This document shows, in pieces, positions 19,323 to 28,742 of a DNA stretch of 46,419 nt. Made by a program: the position numbers and the translations under genes. Source of the stretch: Planctomycetaceae bacterium (GTDB lineage: Bacteria > Planctomycetota > Planctomycetia > Pirellulales > UBA1268); NCBI GenBank assembly GCA_046091445.1, contig JBJTBO010000091.1, positions 1-46,419 on the forward strand. The letters are read 5' to 3'. The notes beneath the pieces are model-generated. The model worked only from the letters and a program-made list of their open reading frames with translations, was not told where the DNA came from and made no database searches. The stretch's first letter is position 1. Each line of letters begins with the position of its first letter.

Positions 19323-20252
19323 ATGCAGGGCCTCGTTGCGGGTGAGGACGACGTCGCCGCGGCCCTGGAACGCGTGCGTTCGTTCATCGATCCTCGCCTC
19401 GACGACGCACTCGTCTTCTCCGCTGACGCCGCCCCCCGTCTCGTGGAGGCGATGCGCTACGTCGTCCTCGCTCCGGGCAAACGCCTACGCCCCGCGTTGG
19501 CGCTCTGGGCCGCGGAGGCGTGCGGTGGCTCCTGGGAGGCGGCGGCACCCGCGGCCGTGGCCGTGGAACTGATCCATGCGTACTCGCTCGTCCACGACGA
19601 CCTGCCCGCAATGGACGACGACGACCTGCGGCGCGGCAGACCCACGTGCCACCGTGCCTTCGACGAGGCGACTGCGATTCTCTGCGGCGACGCACTCCAG
19701 GCGAAGGCCTTCGAGGTGCTCGCCGATGGCCTGCCTGCGGAGCGGTCGGGGCGGGCGTGCGCCCTCCTCGCCCAGGCGGCCGGTGCGGAGGCGCTCGTCG
19801 GCGGCCAGACCGACGACCTCGCCGCCGAGCGCGGCTGGGCCGCGGATCACGGAACCATGTCCCCGGTGGAGCGGATCGCCTGGATGGAGCGGATCAACCG
19901 TCGCAAGACGGGCGCGCTGTTCCAGGCGGCCCTCGCGATCGGCGGCCTTGCCGCCGGAGCCGACGCCGCGCACCCGGGCGTCCAGGCCCTCGTCGGGCGC
20001 GGCCTCGGCGAGGCCATCCAGCTTGCCGACGCCCTGCACGATGCCGAGGGCACCGAAGGCTCCATGGGCAAGCGTGTGGGCAAGGATGCCGGCCGGGGCA
20101 AGCTGACGCTGCCGACGGTCGTCGGCATCGCCGCCGCCCGGGAGCGGGGAACGGCTCTTGCCGTGGAGGCGGCCGCGGCCGTCGGCTCGCTCGGTCCCGA
20201 CGCGTGCCACCTGGCGTCGCTCGCGCGATGGATCGTGCGCCGCAACCACTGA
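19323..20252 (+). CDS. ispA: Polyprenyl (farnesyl/geranylgeranyl) diphosphate synthase
   Basis: First Asp-rich motif LVHDDLPAMDDDDLRRGRPTCH and second Asp-rich region GQxxDL. It holds the conserved position between xseB and dxs. Start uncertain: ATG 19323 is preferred over the track start 19182. Confidence 0.85.
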   Translation: MQGLVAGEDDVAAALERVRSFIDPRLDDALVFSADAAPRLVEAMRYVVLAPGKRLRPALALWAAEACGGSWEAAAPAAVAVELIHAYSLVHDDLPAMDDDDLRRGRPTCHRAFDEATAILCGDALQAKAFEVLADGLPAERSGRACALLAQAAGAEALVGGQTDDLAAERGWAADHGTMSPVERIAWMERINRRKTGALFQAALAIGGLAAGADAAHPGVQALVGRGLGEAIQLADALHDAEGTEGSMGKRVGKDAGRGKLTLPTVVGIAAARERGTALAVEAAAAVGSLGPDACHLASLARWIVRRNH

Positions 20253-20286
20253 CCTGCCTACCATTTCCATTGGATGGGAGTACCTC

Positions 20287-22227
20287 ATGAAGACCGCGAA
20301 GGAGATCCTGCCCTCGATCGACTCGCCACGCGATCTGCGGGCCCTCTCGATCGAGCAGCTCGAGCGGCTGGCCGCCGAGATGCGCAGGGCGCTCTGCACC
20401 GTCGCGGGCACGCGCACGGCACACTTCGCCTCGAACCTCGGCGTCGTCGAGCTCTGCATCGCCCTCCACCGGGTATTCGACTTCTCCCGGGACCGGCTCA
20501 TCTGGGACACCGGCCACCAGATCTATCCGCACAAGCTCCTCACCGGCCGTTTCCCCCAGTTCGCGACGATCCGCACGAAGGGCGGCCTCATGGGCTACCC
20601 GAATCCCGCCGAGAGCCCGTACGACCTCTTCATGACCGGCCACGCGGGCTGCAGTGTCTCGACGGCGCTGGGGCTCGCGAGCGGCGACGGGCTGCGGGGC
20701 GAGGATGACCGGCGGTCCGTCGCCGTGATCGGTGACGGCGCGCTCCCTTCGGGCATCGTGTTCGAGGCCCTGAACAACGCCGGCTTCCTGAAGAAGCGGC
20801 TCCTCGTGATCCTCAACGACAACAAGATGTCGATCTGTCCGCGGGTCGGGGCGGTCGCCGAGTACCTCGACCTCATCCGCACGAATCCGTGGTACCGCGG
20901 AATCCGGGATCAGGCGACGGAGCTGATCAAGGGCGTGCCCATGGTGGGCGAGTCGATGGAGCGGATGTTCTCGAACGTGAAGGACTCGCTCAAGGCGACG
21001 CTTCACGGCGGGATGCTCTTCGAGGCGCTCGGCGTGCGCTACTTCGGCCCGGTCGAAGGCCATTCGCTGCCCGGCCTGATCCGGTATCTCGAGCTCGTGA
21101 AGGACGAGGACGGCCCGATCCTCCTGCACGTGCTGACGGAGAAGGGACACGGCTTCAAGCCGGCCGAGGCCGACCCCGTCTTCTTCCACACGCCGGCACC
21201 GTTCGAGTGCGACGACGACGACTGCATCGTGTCGATCAAGCGCTCGTCGACGCGGGCGTACACCGACGTGGCCGCGGCATCGATCGCCGACTGCCTGCGT
21301 CGTGATCCCCGCGTCACGGTCCTCACCGCCGCGATGTGCCAGGGGAACAAGCTCGAGAAAGTGCGCGAGGAGTTTCCCGACCGCTTCTTCGACGTCGGCA
21401 TCTGCGAGTCGCACGCCGTCGCCTTCGCGGCAGGCCAGGCGAAGGCCGGTTGTCGCCCGATCGTCGACATCTACAGCACCTTCCTGCAGCGGTCCTACGA
21501 CCAGATCTTCCAGGAAGTCTGCCTGCAGAACCTGCCGGTGGTCTTCATGCTCGACCGGGCCGGCCTCACCGGTCCGGACGGCCCCACGCACCATGGGGCC
21601 TTCGACCTCGGATACCTGCGTCTCTTCCCCAACATGGCCGTGCTCGCTCCGGGTGACGAGCATGACCTGCAGGCGATGCTCGACTGGGCGCTCGAGCAGC
21701 CCGGCCCGGTCGCGATCCGCTATCCGAAGTCGGCCGTGGCGAAGCACGACGGTCCCCGCACCGCGATCGAGCTGGGTCGCGCCGAGTGCCTCGCGGACGG
21801 TCACGACGGTCTCGTCGTCGCCTGCGGCACGCTCCTCGGCGAGGCGCTCTCCGCCGCCGCCGAACTCCGTCGCGAGGGTCTCGAGGTCGCCGTCATCAAC
21901 GCCCGCTTCGTCAAGCCGCTCGACACATCGCTCCTCGTCGAGCGCTGCGAGGCGGCGCCGTGGGTCGTCACCGTGGAGGAGAACGCCCTGCCGACGGGGT
22001 TCGGCAGCGCCCTGCTCGAGGCCCTCAACGACGCGACGTCCCAGGGAGACCAGCGTCCGACCGCCCCGATCGTGCGGCTCGGACTGCCCGACCGCGTCAT
22101 CGAGCACGGCGAGCGGGCGGAACTCCTCGCGGATCTCGGCCTCGATGCGGCGGGCATCGCCGCGGTCTGCCGCCGACTCGCGGGCCGCGCACCCCACGCC
22201 GTGGGGCATGCCTCGAGCATGTCGTGA
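20287..22227 (+). CDS. dxs: 1-deoxy-D-xylulose-5-phosphate synthase
   Basis: GHxxxSxSxALG, IGDGALxxG, NDN.MSI and the transketolase-like C-terminal half. GGGAG lies 7 nt upstream of ATG 20287. Confidence 0.97.
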   Translation: MKTAKEILPSIDSPRDLRALSIEQLERLAAEMRRALCTVAGTRTAHFASNLGVVELCIALHRVFDFSRDRLIWDTGHQIYPHKLLTGRFPQFATIRTKGGLMGYPNPAESPYDLFMTGHAGCSVSTALGLASGDGLRGEDDRRSVAVIGDGALPSGIVFEALNNAGFLKKRLLVILNDNKMSICPRVGAVAEYLDLIRTNPWYRGIRDQATELIKGVPMVGESMERMFSNVKDSLKATLHGGMLFEALGVRYFGPVEGHSLPGLIRYLELVKDEDGPILLHVLTEKGHGFKPAEADPVFFHTPAPFECDDDDCIVSIKRSSTRAYTDVAAASIADCLRRDPRVTVLTAAMCQGNKLEKVREEFPDRFFDVGICESHAVAFAAGQAKAGCRPIVDIYSTFLQRSYDQIFQEVCLQNLPVVFMLDRAGLTGPDGPTHHGAFDLGYLRLFPNMAVLAPGDEHDLQAMLDWALEQPGPVAIRYPKSAVAKHDGPRTAIELGRAECLADGHDGLVVACGTLLGEALSAAAELRREGLEVAVINARFVKPLDTSLLVERCEAAPWVVTVEENALPTGFGSALLEALNDATSQGDQRPTAPIVRLGLPDRVIEHGERAELLADLGLDAAGIAAVCRRLAGRAPHAVGHASSMS

Positions 22228-22294
22228 TCCGCACGGCCACGACGAAGGACCGTCGAGACCGGTCGGCCGACCACACGAAAGGAGCGTGCGGAGC

Positions 22295-23245
22295 ATGGCG
22301 AGCGCGAGGAGCGGCTCCCGCCTCGAGCCGGGTCGACCGGCGGGCGGGCCCCTGCAGGTGGTCATCGTGGGGCCCGGTGGCGAGGGGCGCGTCGCGGCCG
22401 AGGCTGATCGCGTCGAGGCTCTCCTGGCGTCGCGGGGCCATGCCACCGCGCGGCGGCTCGCCGCCCGGGACGACTGGGGCGAGAGCCGCTCGAGACAGGA
22501 CGGGCTGCCCGCGGCCGATCTCGTCGTGGTCCTCGGTGGGGACGGCTCGATGCTGCGGACCGCACGCTGGCTCGGACGGGAACAGGTGCCCGTTCTCGGG
22601 GTGAACCTCGGGACGCTCGGATTCCTGGCCGACTTTTCGCGAGACGAGTTCGCCGCCGCGCTGGACGAGCTCGCCGCCGGACGATTCCGGTTCGTCGATC
22701 ACCTGATGTTCGAATGCGAGGTGCATCGCGGTGGATCGATCGTGCATCGTCAGCTCGGGCTCAACGAGACGTCGATCCTCGCCGGTCCGCCATTCACGAT
22801 GATCGAGGTTCGTCTGCTCGTGGACGGTGTGCTCGCCACCACCTACCGGGCCGACGGCCTGATCGTCTCCACCCCGGCCGGCTCCACGGCGTACAGCCTC
22901 TCGGCCGGCGGCCCGATCGTCCGCAAGGACCTCGACGCGTTCATCTTCACGCCGCTCAATCCGCACACGCTGACGAATCGCCCGGTCGTCGATTCCGCCG
23001 AGCGCACCTACGAGCTCCTCGTGCCACGGCCGAACGCGGGAAGCGCCTGCGTCGTCGACGGCGGCGTGCTGACCGCGCTCGAGGCGGGCGACCGGATCCG
23101 CGTCCGGCGGGCGCAGCACCGGTTTCGACTCGTCGAGATCGTGGACCACGGGTACTATCGCACGCTGCGGGAGAAGCTCGGATGGGGGGGCGGACTGAGA
23201 GCCGCCGAGCCCGCCGGCGAGTCGCCCTCGGGGGAACCACGATGA
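22295..23245 (+). CDS. nadK: NAD+ kinase
   Basis: DLVVVLGGDGSMLR, GVNLGxLGFL and STPxGSTAYxLSAGGPI motifs. Start at ATG 22295, preceded by AAAGGAG. Confidence 0.9.
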   Translation: MASARSGSRLEPGRPAGGPLQVVIVGPGGEGRVAAEADRVEALLASRGHATARRLAARDDWGESRSRQDGLPAADLVVVLGGDGSMLRTARWLGREQVPVLGVNLGTLGFLADFSRDEFAAALDELAAGRFRFVDHLMFECEVHRGGSIVHRQLGLNETSILAGPPFTMIEVRLLVDGVLATTYRADGLIVSTPAGSTAYSLSAGGPIVRKDLDAFIFTPLNPHTLTNRPVVDSAERTYELLVPRPNAGSACVVDGGVLTALEAGDRIRVRRAQHRFRLVEIVDHGYYRTLREKLGWGGGLRAAEPAGESPSGEPR

Positions 23246-24099
23246 TGCACCGTCCGCTGGCGACCGCGATGCTGCTGGTGGCGATCACGGCCGTCGCGGC
23301 CGACGTCCGCACGGAGACGCCCGTGCTGCTGAAATATCACTTCCACACCGGCGAGCGTCTCGGCATGCAGGTCGCCCATCGCGCGCTCACGGAGACGACG
23401 ATGAACGGCACCACCCAGAGCGTCGAGACGATGACCGATTCGACGAAGACCTGGCATGTGGTCGCGGTGGATGACGGGGGACGCGCCACGCTCGAGCAGT
23501 CGGTGGACGACGTCACCATGTCGTCGCGCACGAGCGATCGCGGATCCCTGCGCTGGTCGAGCGACGACGAGGGGGATCCGCCGCCCGGATACGAAAGCGT
23601 GCGCGGGAGTCTCGGGGTACCGTTGGCCCGGCTCGTGATCGACCGGTCCGGCCGCGTGCTCGAGCGCCGTGACCTCCGTCCCTGTCCGCCGTCGAGCACG
23701 GGTGATCTCGTGGTCGTGCCACTGCCCGAGGAGCCGGTCGCACCGGGGGCGGAGTGGACGATTCCCGAGGAGATCGTGGTCGAGGTGCCCAACGGGCCGC
23801 GGCGGGCGGTGCGCACCCGACTCCGCTACCGACTCGAAACGGTCGCCGACGGGATCGCGACGATTCGGGTCGACACGACCGTGCTCACGCCCGTGGACGA
23901 CCCGCGTCTCGAGGCCAGGCTGCTCGAGCGCATCTGGGACGGCGTGATCCGCTTCGACATCGAGGAGGGACGCGTGGCGAGCCGCCGGACGGCGATCGAC
24001 CGCCGTGTCGTCGGCTTCGGCGGGCCCCAGTCGAGCGTGCGCTACAAGGCGAGCCTCGAAGAGCGGCTCGTGGCCCCCGCAGGCGGGACGGAGCCGTAG
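23242..24099 (+). CDS. Hypothetical secreted protein (285 aa)
   Basis: Signal-like N-terminus MMHRPLATAMLLVAITAVAADV. High GC3. The ATG overlaps the nadK stop (ATGA at 23242-23245). I recognise no motif. Confidence 0.6.
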   Translation: MMHRPLATAMLLVAITAVAADVRTETPVLLKYHFHTGERLGMQVAHRALTETTMNGTTQSVETMTDSTKTWHVVAVDDGGRATLEQSVDDVTMSSRTSDRGSLRWSSDDEGDPPPGYESVRGSLGVPLARLVIDRSGRVLERRDLRPCPPSSTGDLVVVPLPEEPVAPGAEWTIPEEIVVEVPNGPRRAVRTRLRYRLETVADGIATIRVDTTVLTPVDDPRLEARLLERIWDGVIRFDIEEGRVASRRTAIDRRVVGFGGPQSSVRYKASLEERLVAPAGGTEP

Positions 24100-24153
24100 G
24101 ACACGGCCCGCTCCCGCCCGCCTCTCGACAGGCCCGGTGCTCGACGCCGCGTG

Positions 24154-25821
24154 TCAGCCCGCGCGGAGCAGATCCTCGACGCGACGGATCGCCTCCTCCA
24201 CGTCCCATTCGGTCTCCGCGAGCACGACCGGCGACCGCCGTGCCACCCACTCGCCCACCGTCCTCTGCGCCGCGATGACCGTGGAGTGGCTGCGCCGGCC
24301 GAAGTAGCGGCCGATGTCGGTCAGGGCGGCATGGGTGTGCTTGCGGGCCAGGAACATGGCGAGCATGCGTGGCTGGCTCACCGTCCGCGCCCGGCGTGAC
24401 GATTGCAGGCTGCCCGGCTCGATGCCGAACGCCGCGCAGACCGCCCGTTCGACGTCGGCGAGCCGCACGCTCCTGGCGCTCGACCGCACGAGATCCGCCA
24501 AGGCCTCCTCGGCCATCTCGGCGGTCACGTCCACGCCGAGCATCAGGCTCGTCGCCTCGAGCCGATTGACGGCACCGATCAGCTCGCGGGCATGCCGCGT
24601 CATGTGCGTGGCGACGTGATGCACGACGGCGTCGGGCACGGCGAGCCGGCGGCGTGCGCACAGCGCCGCCACGATGCCCCGCCGGACCTCGTAGTCCGGG
24701 GAGAGGATCGGGGCGTTCATGCCGCCGCGCAGGCGGGTGACCAGTTCCGGCCCGAGTCCCGGCAGGGAATCGAGTTCGCGATCGCAGGTGAACACCATCT
24801 GGCGGCCCTGCCGATGGAGCGCGTCGACGGTGAGCTGGAATTCGAGCAGCGTGGCCCGCTTGCCGACGAGGAAGTGAATGTCGTCGATCACGAGCAGATC
24901 AGCGGAGCGGCAGGTGCGGCGAAAGCCCGGCAGCCCGCTGCCATGGAGCGATTGGAGGAAGCCGTTGGTGAATTGCTCGGCAGACAGCGAGACGATGGAG
25001 GCACCCGGATGGAGTTCCGACGTCCGCGCACAGACCCCGTCGAGCAGGTGCGTCTTGCCGACGCCGCTCGGTCCGTGGATCACCAGGGGCGACACCTCTC
25101 CCGGACGCGATGCGACCAGTTCCACGGCGCCGCATGCCAGCCGATTGCTCGTACCGACGACGAAGTCGGCGAGGCTCCTGCCCTGTGACGGCTCCCGGCC
25201 CTTGGCATCGCCCCGCTCTCCGGGCGTCCCTGGCCGCACGGACTCGGCCCGCATGCCATGCGCGGACTCGGCCCGCACGGGTTGGGCCGACTCGGCCCGC
25301 ACGGTCCTGCCCGCACGCGCCCTCGGCGCACGTTTTCCCGTGCCGCGAGCCGAAGCCCCACCGCTGCGGTCGGCGGCAGGCGGCGGATCTGCGATGGAGT
25401 CACGGCTCGAATCCGGGCTCGCGTCACGGCTCGAATCCGGGCCCGTACACGGGCTTGCCTGAGGCTCCCACACGAGCTCCGCCCCAGGCCCGCAGACGTC
25501 CCCGACGGCGGCCTCGACGTCGCTGCGAAAGGTTCGACGCAGCCACTCGTGCGTGAGACCGCTCCCCACGCGGAGAATGACTCGCTGACCACCGGCGGGC
25601 GGCCGCGGGGTTGCGACGTCCCCGGCCTTCCTGCGGCGGCCGCGCGGGGCGACCACGGTGGCGCGATCGACCGGTGCCGATTCGACACCCACGGTCATCG
25701 ACCGACCGAACCACACGGCATAGCGGTCGGTTCCGATCCGGCTCTCGAGCGCCGCTTCGATGCGAGCGGCGAGACCTTCGGAGTCGGATGCTGACCGGGC
25801 GGCGTCCAGCGAGTTCCCCAT
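24154..25821 (-). CDS. dnaA: Chromosomal replication initiator protein DnaA (555 aa, expanded linker)
   Basis: AAA+ core GPSGVGKTHLL, LVIDDIHFLxGK, and the C-terminal DNA-binding signature RSHSTVIxAxxxV. AAGGAG lies just upstream of ATG 25821. Confidence 0.95.
   Translation of the reverse strand: MGNSLDAARSASDSEGLAARIEAALESRIGTDRYAVWFGRSMTVGVESAPVDRATVVAPRGRRRKAGDVATPRPPAGGQRVILRVGSGLTHEWLRRTFRSDVEAAVGDVCGPGAELVWEPQASPCTGPDSSRDASPDSSRDSIADPPPAADRSGGASARGTGKRAPRARAGRTVRAESAQPVRAESAHGMRAESVRPGTPGERGDAKGREPSQGRSLADFVVGTSNRLACGAVELVASRPGEVSPLVIHGPSGVGKTHLLDGVCARTSELHPGASIVSLSAEQFTNGFLQSLHGSGLPGFRRTCRSADLLVIDDIHFLVGKRATLLEFQLTVDALHRQGRQMVFTCDRELDSLPGLGPELVTRLRGGMNAPILSPDYEVRRGIVAALCARRRLAVPDAVVHHVATHMTRHARELIGAVNRLEATSLMLGVDVTAEMAEEALADLVRSSARSVRLADVERAVCAAFGIEPGSLQSSRRARTVSQPRMLAMFLARKHTHAALTDIGRYFGRRSHSTVIAAQRTVGEWVARRSPVVLAETEWDVEEAIRRVEDLLRAG
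25241..25312. repeat. 3 x 24-bp in-frame tandem repeat inside the dnaA linker (core GACTCGGCCCGCAYG)
   Basis: Copies start at 25241, 25265 and 25289. On the coding strand they give VRAESAQP / VRAESAHG / MRAESVRP. Confidence 0.9.
25399..25446. repeat. 2 x 24-bp in-frame tandem repeat inside the dnaA linker (GTCACGGCTCGAATCCGGGC core)
   Basis: The copies at 25399 and 25423 are identical over their first 21 positions (21/24 overall). They encode PDSSRDAS / PDSSRDSI. Confidence 0.9.
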
Positions 25822-25903
25822 TGGCTCCTTCCTGCCACGGGCCTCCCGCCGCGGCCACCGTCATCCATCCGTAGACCACGTCGTCACCCGACGTCGGCGG
25901 GCG

Positions 25904-25931
25904 AGTATAGAAGTGCTTGCAGTGCTGTCAA
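25904..25931 (-). promoter_or_regulatory. Near-consensus sigma70-type promoter directed at dnaA
   Basis: The reverse strand reads TTGACA (25931..25926), a 16-nt spacer, then TATACT (25909..25904). It lies about 82 nt upstream of the dnaA ATG. Such an AT-rich pair is unlikely by chance in 70% GC DNA. Confidence 0.5.
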
Positions 25932-26242
25932 ACCAATCGCTCACACGCTGGTGAAGGCGCGAGAGAACGACGTCGCACAGCCACTCCCGTCCCGCACGCA
26001 CCCCGTGCATCAGCGGTGCATAACGTGTGGATTCGATCGCGAATGGCGGGAGAACCGCATGCGCATCGCACGCCGCGCAACGGGCCTTATACTGGCGGTT
26101 CGCTGCGGCGAGCGACGACCGCGTGACGCGACTGGCGTGCGCCGCGGGCGGCACACGCCACGAAGCGGCGAACGATCGGGCCTCGACGGGCAAACCGGGG
26201 CGTCAGCAAGACCGAGGCGTCAGGAAGACCTGGAGTCAGGGA

Positions 26243-27871
26243 ATGTCCTCGCGGCACGGCTCGTGTGCAAGACGGCGGCGAACGTTCGTGTCGTGCCCGG
26301 CGGGAGTGACCCGCGGCGGGCTGATCCTCGCGATGTGCCTCGGCGGTGCCTCCGGCGCCGCGCGCTCGCAGGAGCAGCCCGCCGCACCGAAGGCACCACC
26401 GACGTTCCAGCCGGGAGAGATCTCGATCGGAAAGCCCGTGACGCTCCCCTTCGGTGGCGTGGGGCCCAGCTCCGAGCCCCGGGCGACCGGCGGCGGCGGC
26501 TTGACCTCCGCCGAACCCGGTGCGATCGGCGTCCGGCAGCTGGATGAGGCGACCGCGAAGCTCGGGCGCAGCGGCTGGCTGGGCATGGTGGTCGCCGAGT
26601 CGAACGTCCCCGGACGCTGGAGGGTCGACGAGGTCGCTCCCGGTGGCCCGGCGGATCTCGCCGGCATTCGCGTGGGAGACGAGCTCCGCGCCGTCAACGG
26701 CGTGGCGCCACGCAACGCGGACGAGGTGGCGCAGGCACTCACGGCGATCGTGGCGGATCAGCTGGTCGCGGTCGCCATCGCGCGGGCTGACGAAGTGTCG
26801 GACATCACCGTTCGGGCCGCACCACGCCCGAGCACGCCGCCCGCACCACGCGGGGTCGCGGCGCCGGCCGCGGCACGTGACGACGGTGCCACGGCGATCG
26901 GAAGTCTGCCCGGCGATCCACGCTCCATCGGAGGGCCTGACGCAGCCAGCCCCGCGACGCTCCCTTCGACTCCTCCCGCCTTCACGGCCCCGTCGGTCAT
27001 GACACCGGCCCCTGCCGCGGCCGCTGGCATCGCCGAAGCCGCTGCCGCCGCGCCGCCGAATCCGACCGGATCCCTCGTGCCACCGACGGTCGGCCTCCCT
27101 GGTCCGGGTGCCTCGACCCCCGTGCAGCCTCCGGATGTCTCCGTGTCGGTCCCCGGTGGGCCGACACCTGCGGGCGAATCCGCGCCGCCGGGTCGCTCCA
27201 TGCCGGCGACGCCGCAGGTGCGACCGGATGCGACCGTCGCATCCCCAAGCGCCCGCACACCCGCCGGCTTCGAGGCCGCCTCGGGGCTGCCTTCGGGCTT
27301 CGGACCATCGTCCATCGGCGGAGCATCGCCCCGCATCCCGCGTGAAGCGGTCGGACGATCGAGCACGTCGGGCGGCCGTACGGCGCTCGGGGTGCGGACG
27401 ATCCCTCTCGACCCGGTGACGCAGGCGCGGTTTCAGCTCTCCGCCCCGGACGGCGCCTACGTGATCGGCGTCGTGCAGGATCTTCCCGCGTTCCGCGCCG
27501 GAGTACCGCCGGGCAGCGTGATCGTCGCCCTCGACGAGCGCCCCGTGCATTCGCCGACCGAGCTCACGTCGCTCGTGACGAGCGGGCCGATCGATCGACC
27601 GGTGCGCGTGCGCTACGTCCTCCCCGGCGGCACCGCCCACAATGCCGACGTCGTGCTCCAGGCCATCGACCCACCGCTGTTGCGAGCGCTCGGGGCGGAC
27701 GCTGCGGACAGTCCGGCCGCCGCGCCGGAACCGCGGCTGGCGCGGAGGCCGGTCGAGGAGGCCGTCGTCACGCTGCGCCGTGAGATCGTCCTGTTGCGGG
27801 AGTCGCTCCGGGATCTGGAGCAGCAGCTGGACGGCCTGGTCGACCAGTCGAGCCGCGGGCGATCACGGTGA
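26243..27871 (+). CDS. Secreted protein with two PDZ domains, a Pro/Ala-rich linker and a C-terminal coiled coil
   Basis: PDZ-like segments GWLGMVV...VAPGGPADLAGIRVGDELRAVNG and GAYVIGVVQDLPAFRAGVPPGSVIVALDE. Start at ATG 26243 with GGAG 7 nt upstream and a signal-like ILAMCLGGASGAA. Confidence 0.75.
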   Translation: MSSRHGSCARRRRTFVSCPAGVTRGGLILAMCLGGASGAARSQEQPAAPKAPPTFQPGEISIGKPVTLPFGGVGPSSEPRATGGGGLTSAEPGAIGVRQLDEATAKLGRSGWLGMVVAESNVPGRWRVDEVAPGGPADLAGIRVGDELRAVNGVAPRNADEVAQALTAIVADQLVAVAIARADEVSDITVRAAPRPSTPPAPRGVAAPAAARDDGATAIGSLPGDPRSIGGPDAASPATLPSTPPAFTAPSVMTPAPAAAAGIAEAAAAAPPNPTGSLVPPTVGLPGPGASTPVQPPDVSVSVPGGPTPAGESAPPGRSMPATPQVRPDATVASPSARTPAGFEAASGLPSGFGPSSIGGASPRIPREAVGRSSTSGGRTALGVRTIPLDPVTQARFQLSAPDGAYVIGVVQDLPAFRAGVPPGSVIVALDERPVHSPTELTSLVTSGPIDRPVRVRYVLPGGTAHNADVVLQAIDPPLLRALGADAADSPAAAPEPRLARRPVEEAVVTLRREIVLLRESLRDLEQQLDGLVDQSSRGRSR

Positions 27872-27874
27872 GCG

Positions 27875-28687
27875 TCAGGCAGCGTGGGCGCGGCGTGGCG
27901 CCGGGCTGCCGCACACCCGATCGAGTTCTTCCGTGAGCGGCACACCCGCCGGACCCGCGACCGCTGCGGCCCACCGCGCCACGCGCGACGGCTCGCGCCG
28001 CACCGCGACGGCGTTCGCGCGCCGCGTGCCATCGGTCGCCCATGCCTCCGCGTCGTCGCTCAGCCGGATGAGCAGGCGCTCGATGCCCGCCCGATGCCAT
28101 TCGACACCGTCCCGATCGAGTCCTGCGGGCACCGACACCGCGCGACTCACGATGGCCCGTGCCCGGGAGTAGGGCCTCGGGATCGCGAAGGCATCCCAGG
28201 TGGGAAGGCGCCACGGGCGCGCATAGCCCAGTCCCATGGCGACGACGGGGATGCCGAGGGTGCCTGCCAGGTAGACGCAGCCGGGCGCGAGTCGCCGCCG
28301 GGGGCCCCGCGGCCCGTCGGGCGTGATCGTGAGGTTGCCCGCGCGCGCCCGTTCGGCCAGCTCGCGCAGCGCCGTCGAGCCGCCCCGGAACGTGCTGCCC
28401 CGCACGACGCCGAATCCCATCATGCGGGCGACCCGATCGAGGATGTGCGCATCGGCATGCCTCGACAGCAGCATCGAGATGTTCGAATGCCCGCGCAGAA
28501 AGAGCGGCAGCAGGATGTTCTCGTGCCAGAAGACGTAGATCTTGGCGCCCCGGTAGGCGGGATGCACCGGATCGACCTCGGGGTCGCTGAAGTCGGCCCG
28601 GCAGTCGAGCGTGGACATCCAGCCGCGCACCACCGCGGTCGATGCCAGCGACCAGGCGCCGATCGAAAATGGGGTCGTTGGCTTCAT
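27875..28687 (-). CDS. DUF374-type lysophospholipid acyltransferase-like protein
   Basis: LLSRHADAxILxxVxxxxGFGVVRGSxxRGGxxALREL....ITPDGPRGP matches the DUF374 pattern as I recall it. Start at ATG 28687 (MKPTTPF). Confidence 0.7.
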   Translation of the reverse strand: MKPTTPFSIGAWSLASTAVVRGWMSTLDCRADFSDPEVDPVHPAYRGAKIYVFWHENILLPLFLRGHSNISMLLSRHADAHILDRVARMMGFGVVRGSTFRGGSTALRELAERARAGNLTITPDGPRGPRRRLAPGCVYLAGTLGIPVVAMGLGYARPWRLPTWDAFAIPRPYSRARAIVSRAVSVPAGLDRDGVEWHRAGIERLLIRLSDDAEAWATDGTRRANAVAVRREPSRVARWAAAVAGPAGVPLTEELDRVCGSPAPRRAHAA

Positions 28688-28742
28688 GCCGCCGTCGCTC
28701 CAGAGGCTCGATCCGTTCCGCGGGCCCATCGTGGTGTCCGCA

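Noticed and set aside
25399-25446. GCTCGAATCCGGGC motif resembling a tRNA T-arm (GGTTCGAATCC), present twice
   Set aside because: It lies inside the dnaA reading frame as part of the 24-bp coding repeat. There is no acceptor, D or anticodon arm around it.
26026-26093. Cluster of DnaA boxes defining oriC
   Set aside because: There is only one 7/9 match (TGTGGATTC). Other candidates (TTATACTGG, TCATCCATC) match at 6/9 or fewer positions. This is not enough to annotate an origin, so it is kept only as a question in the findings.
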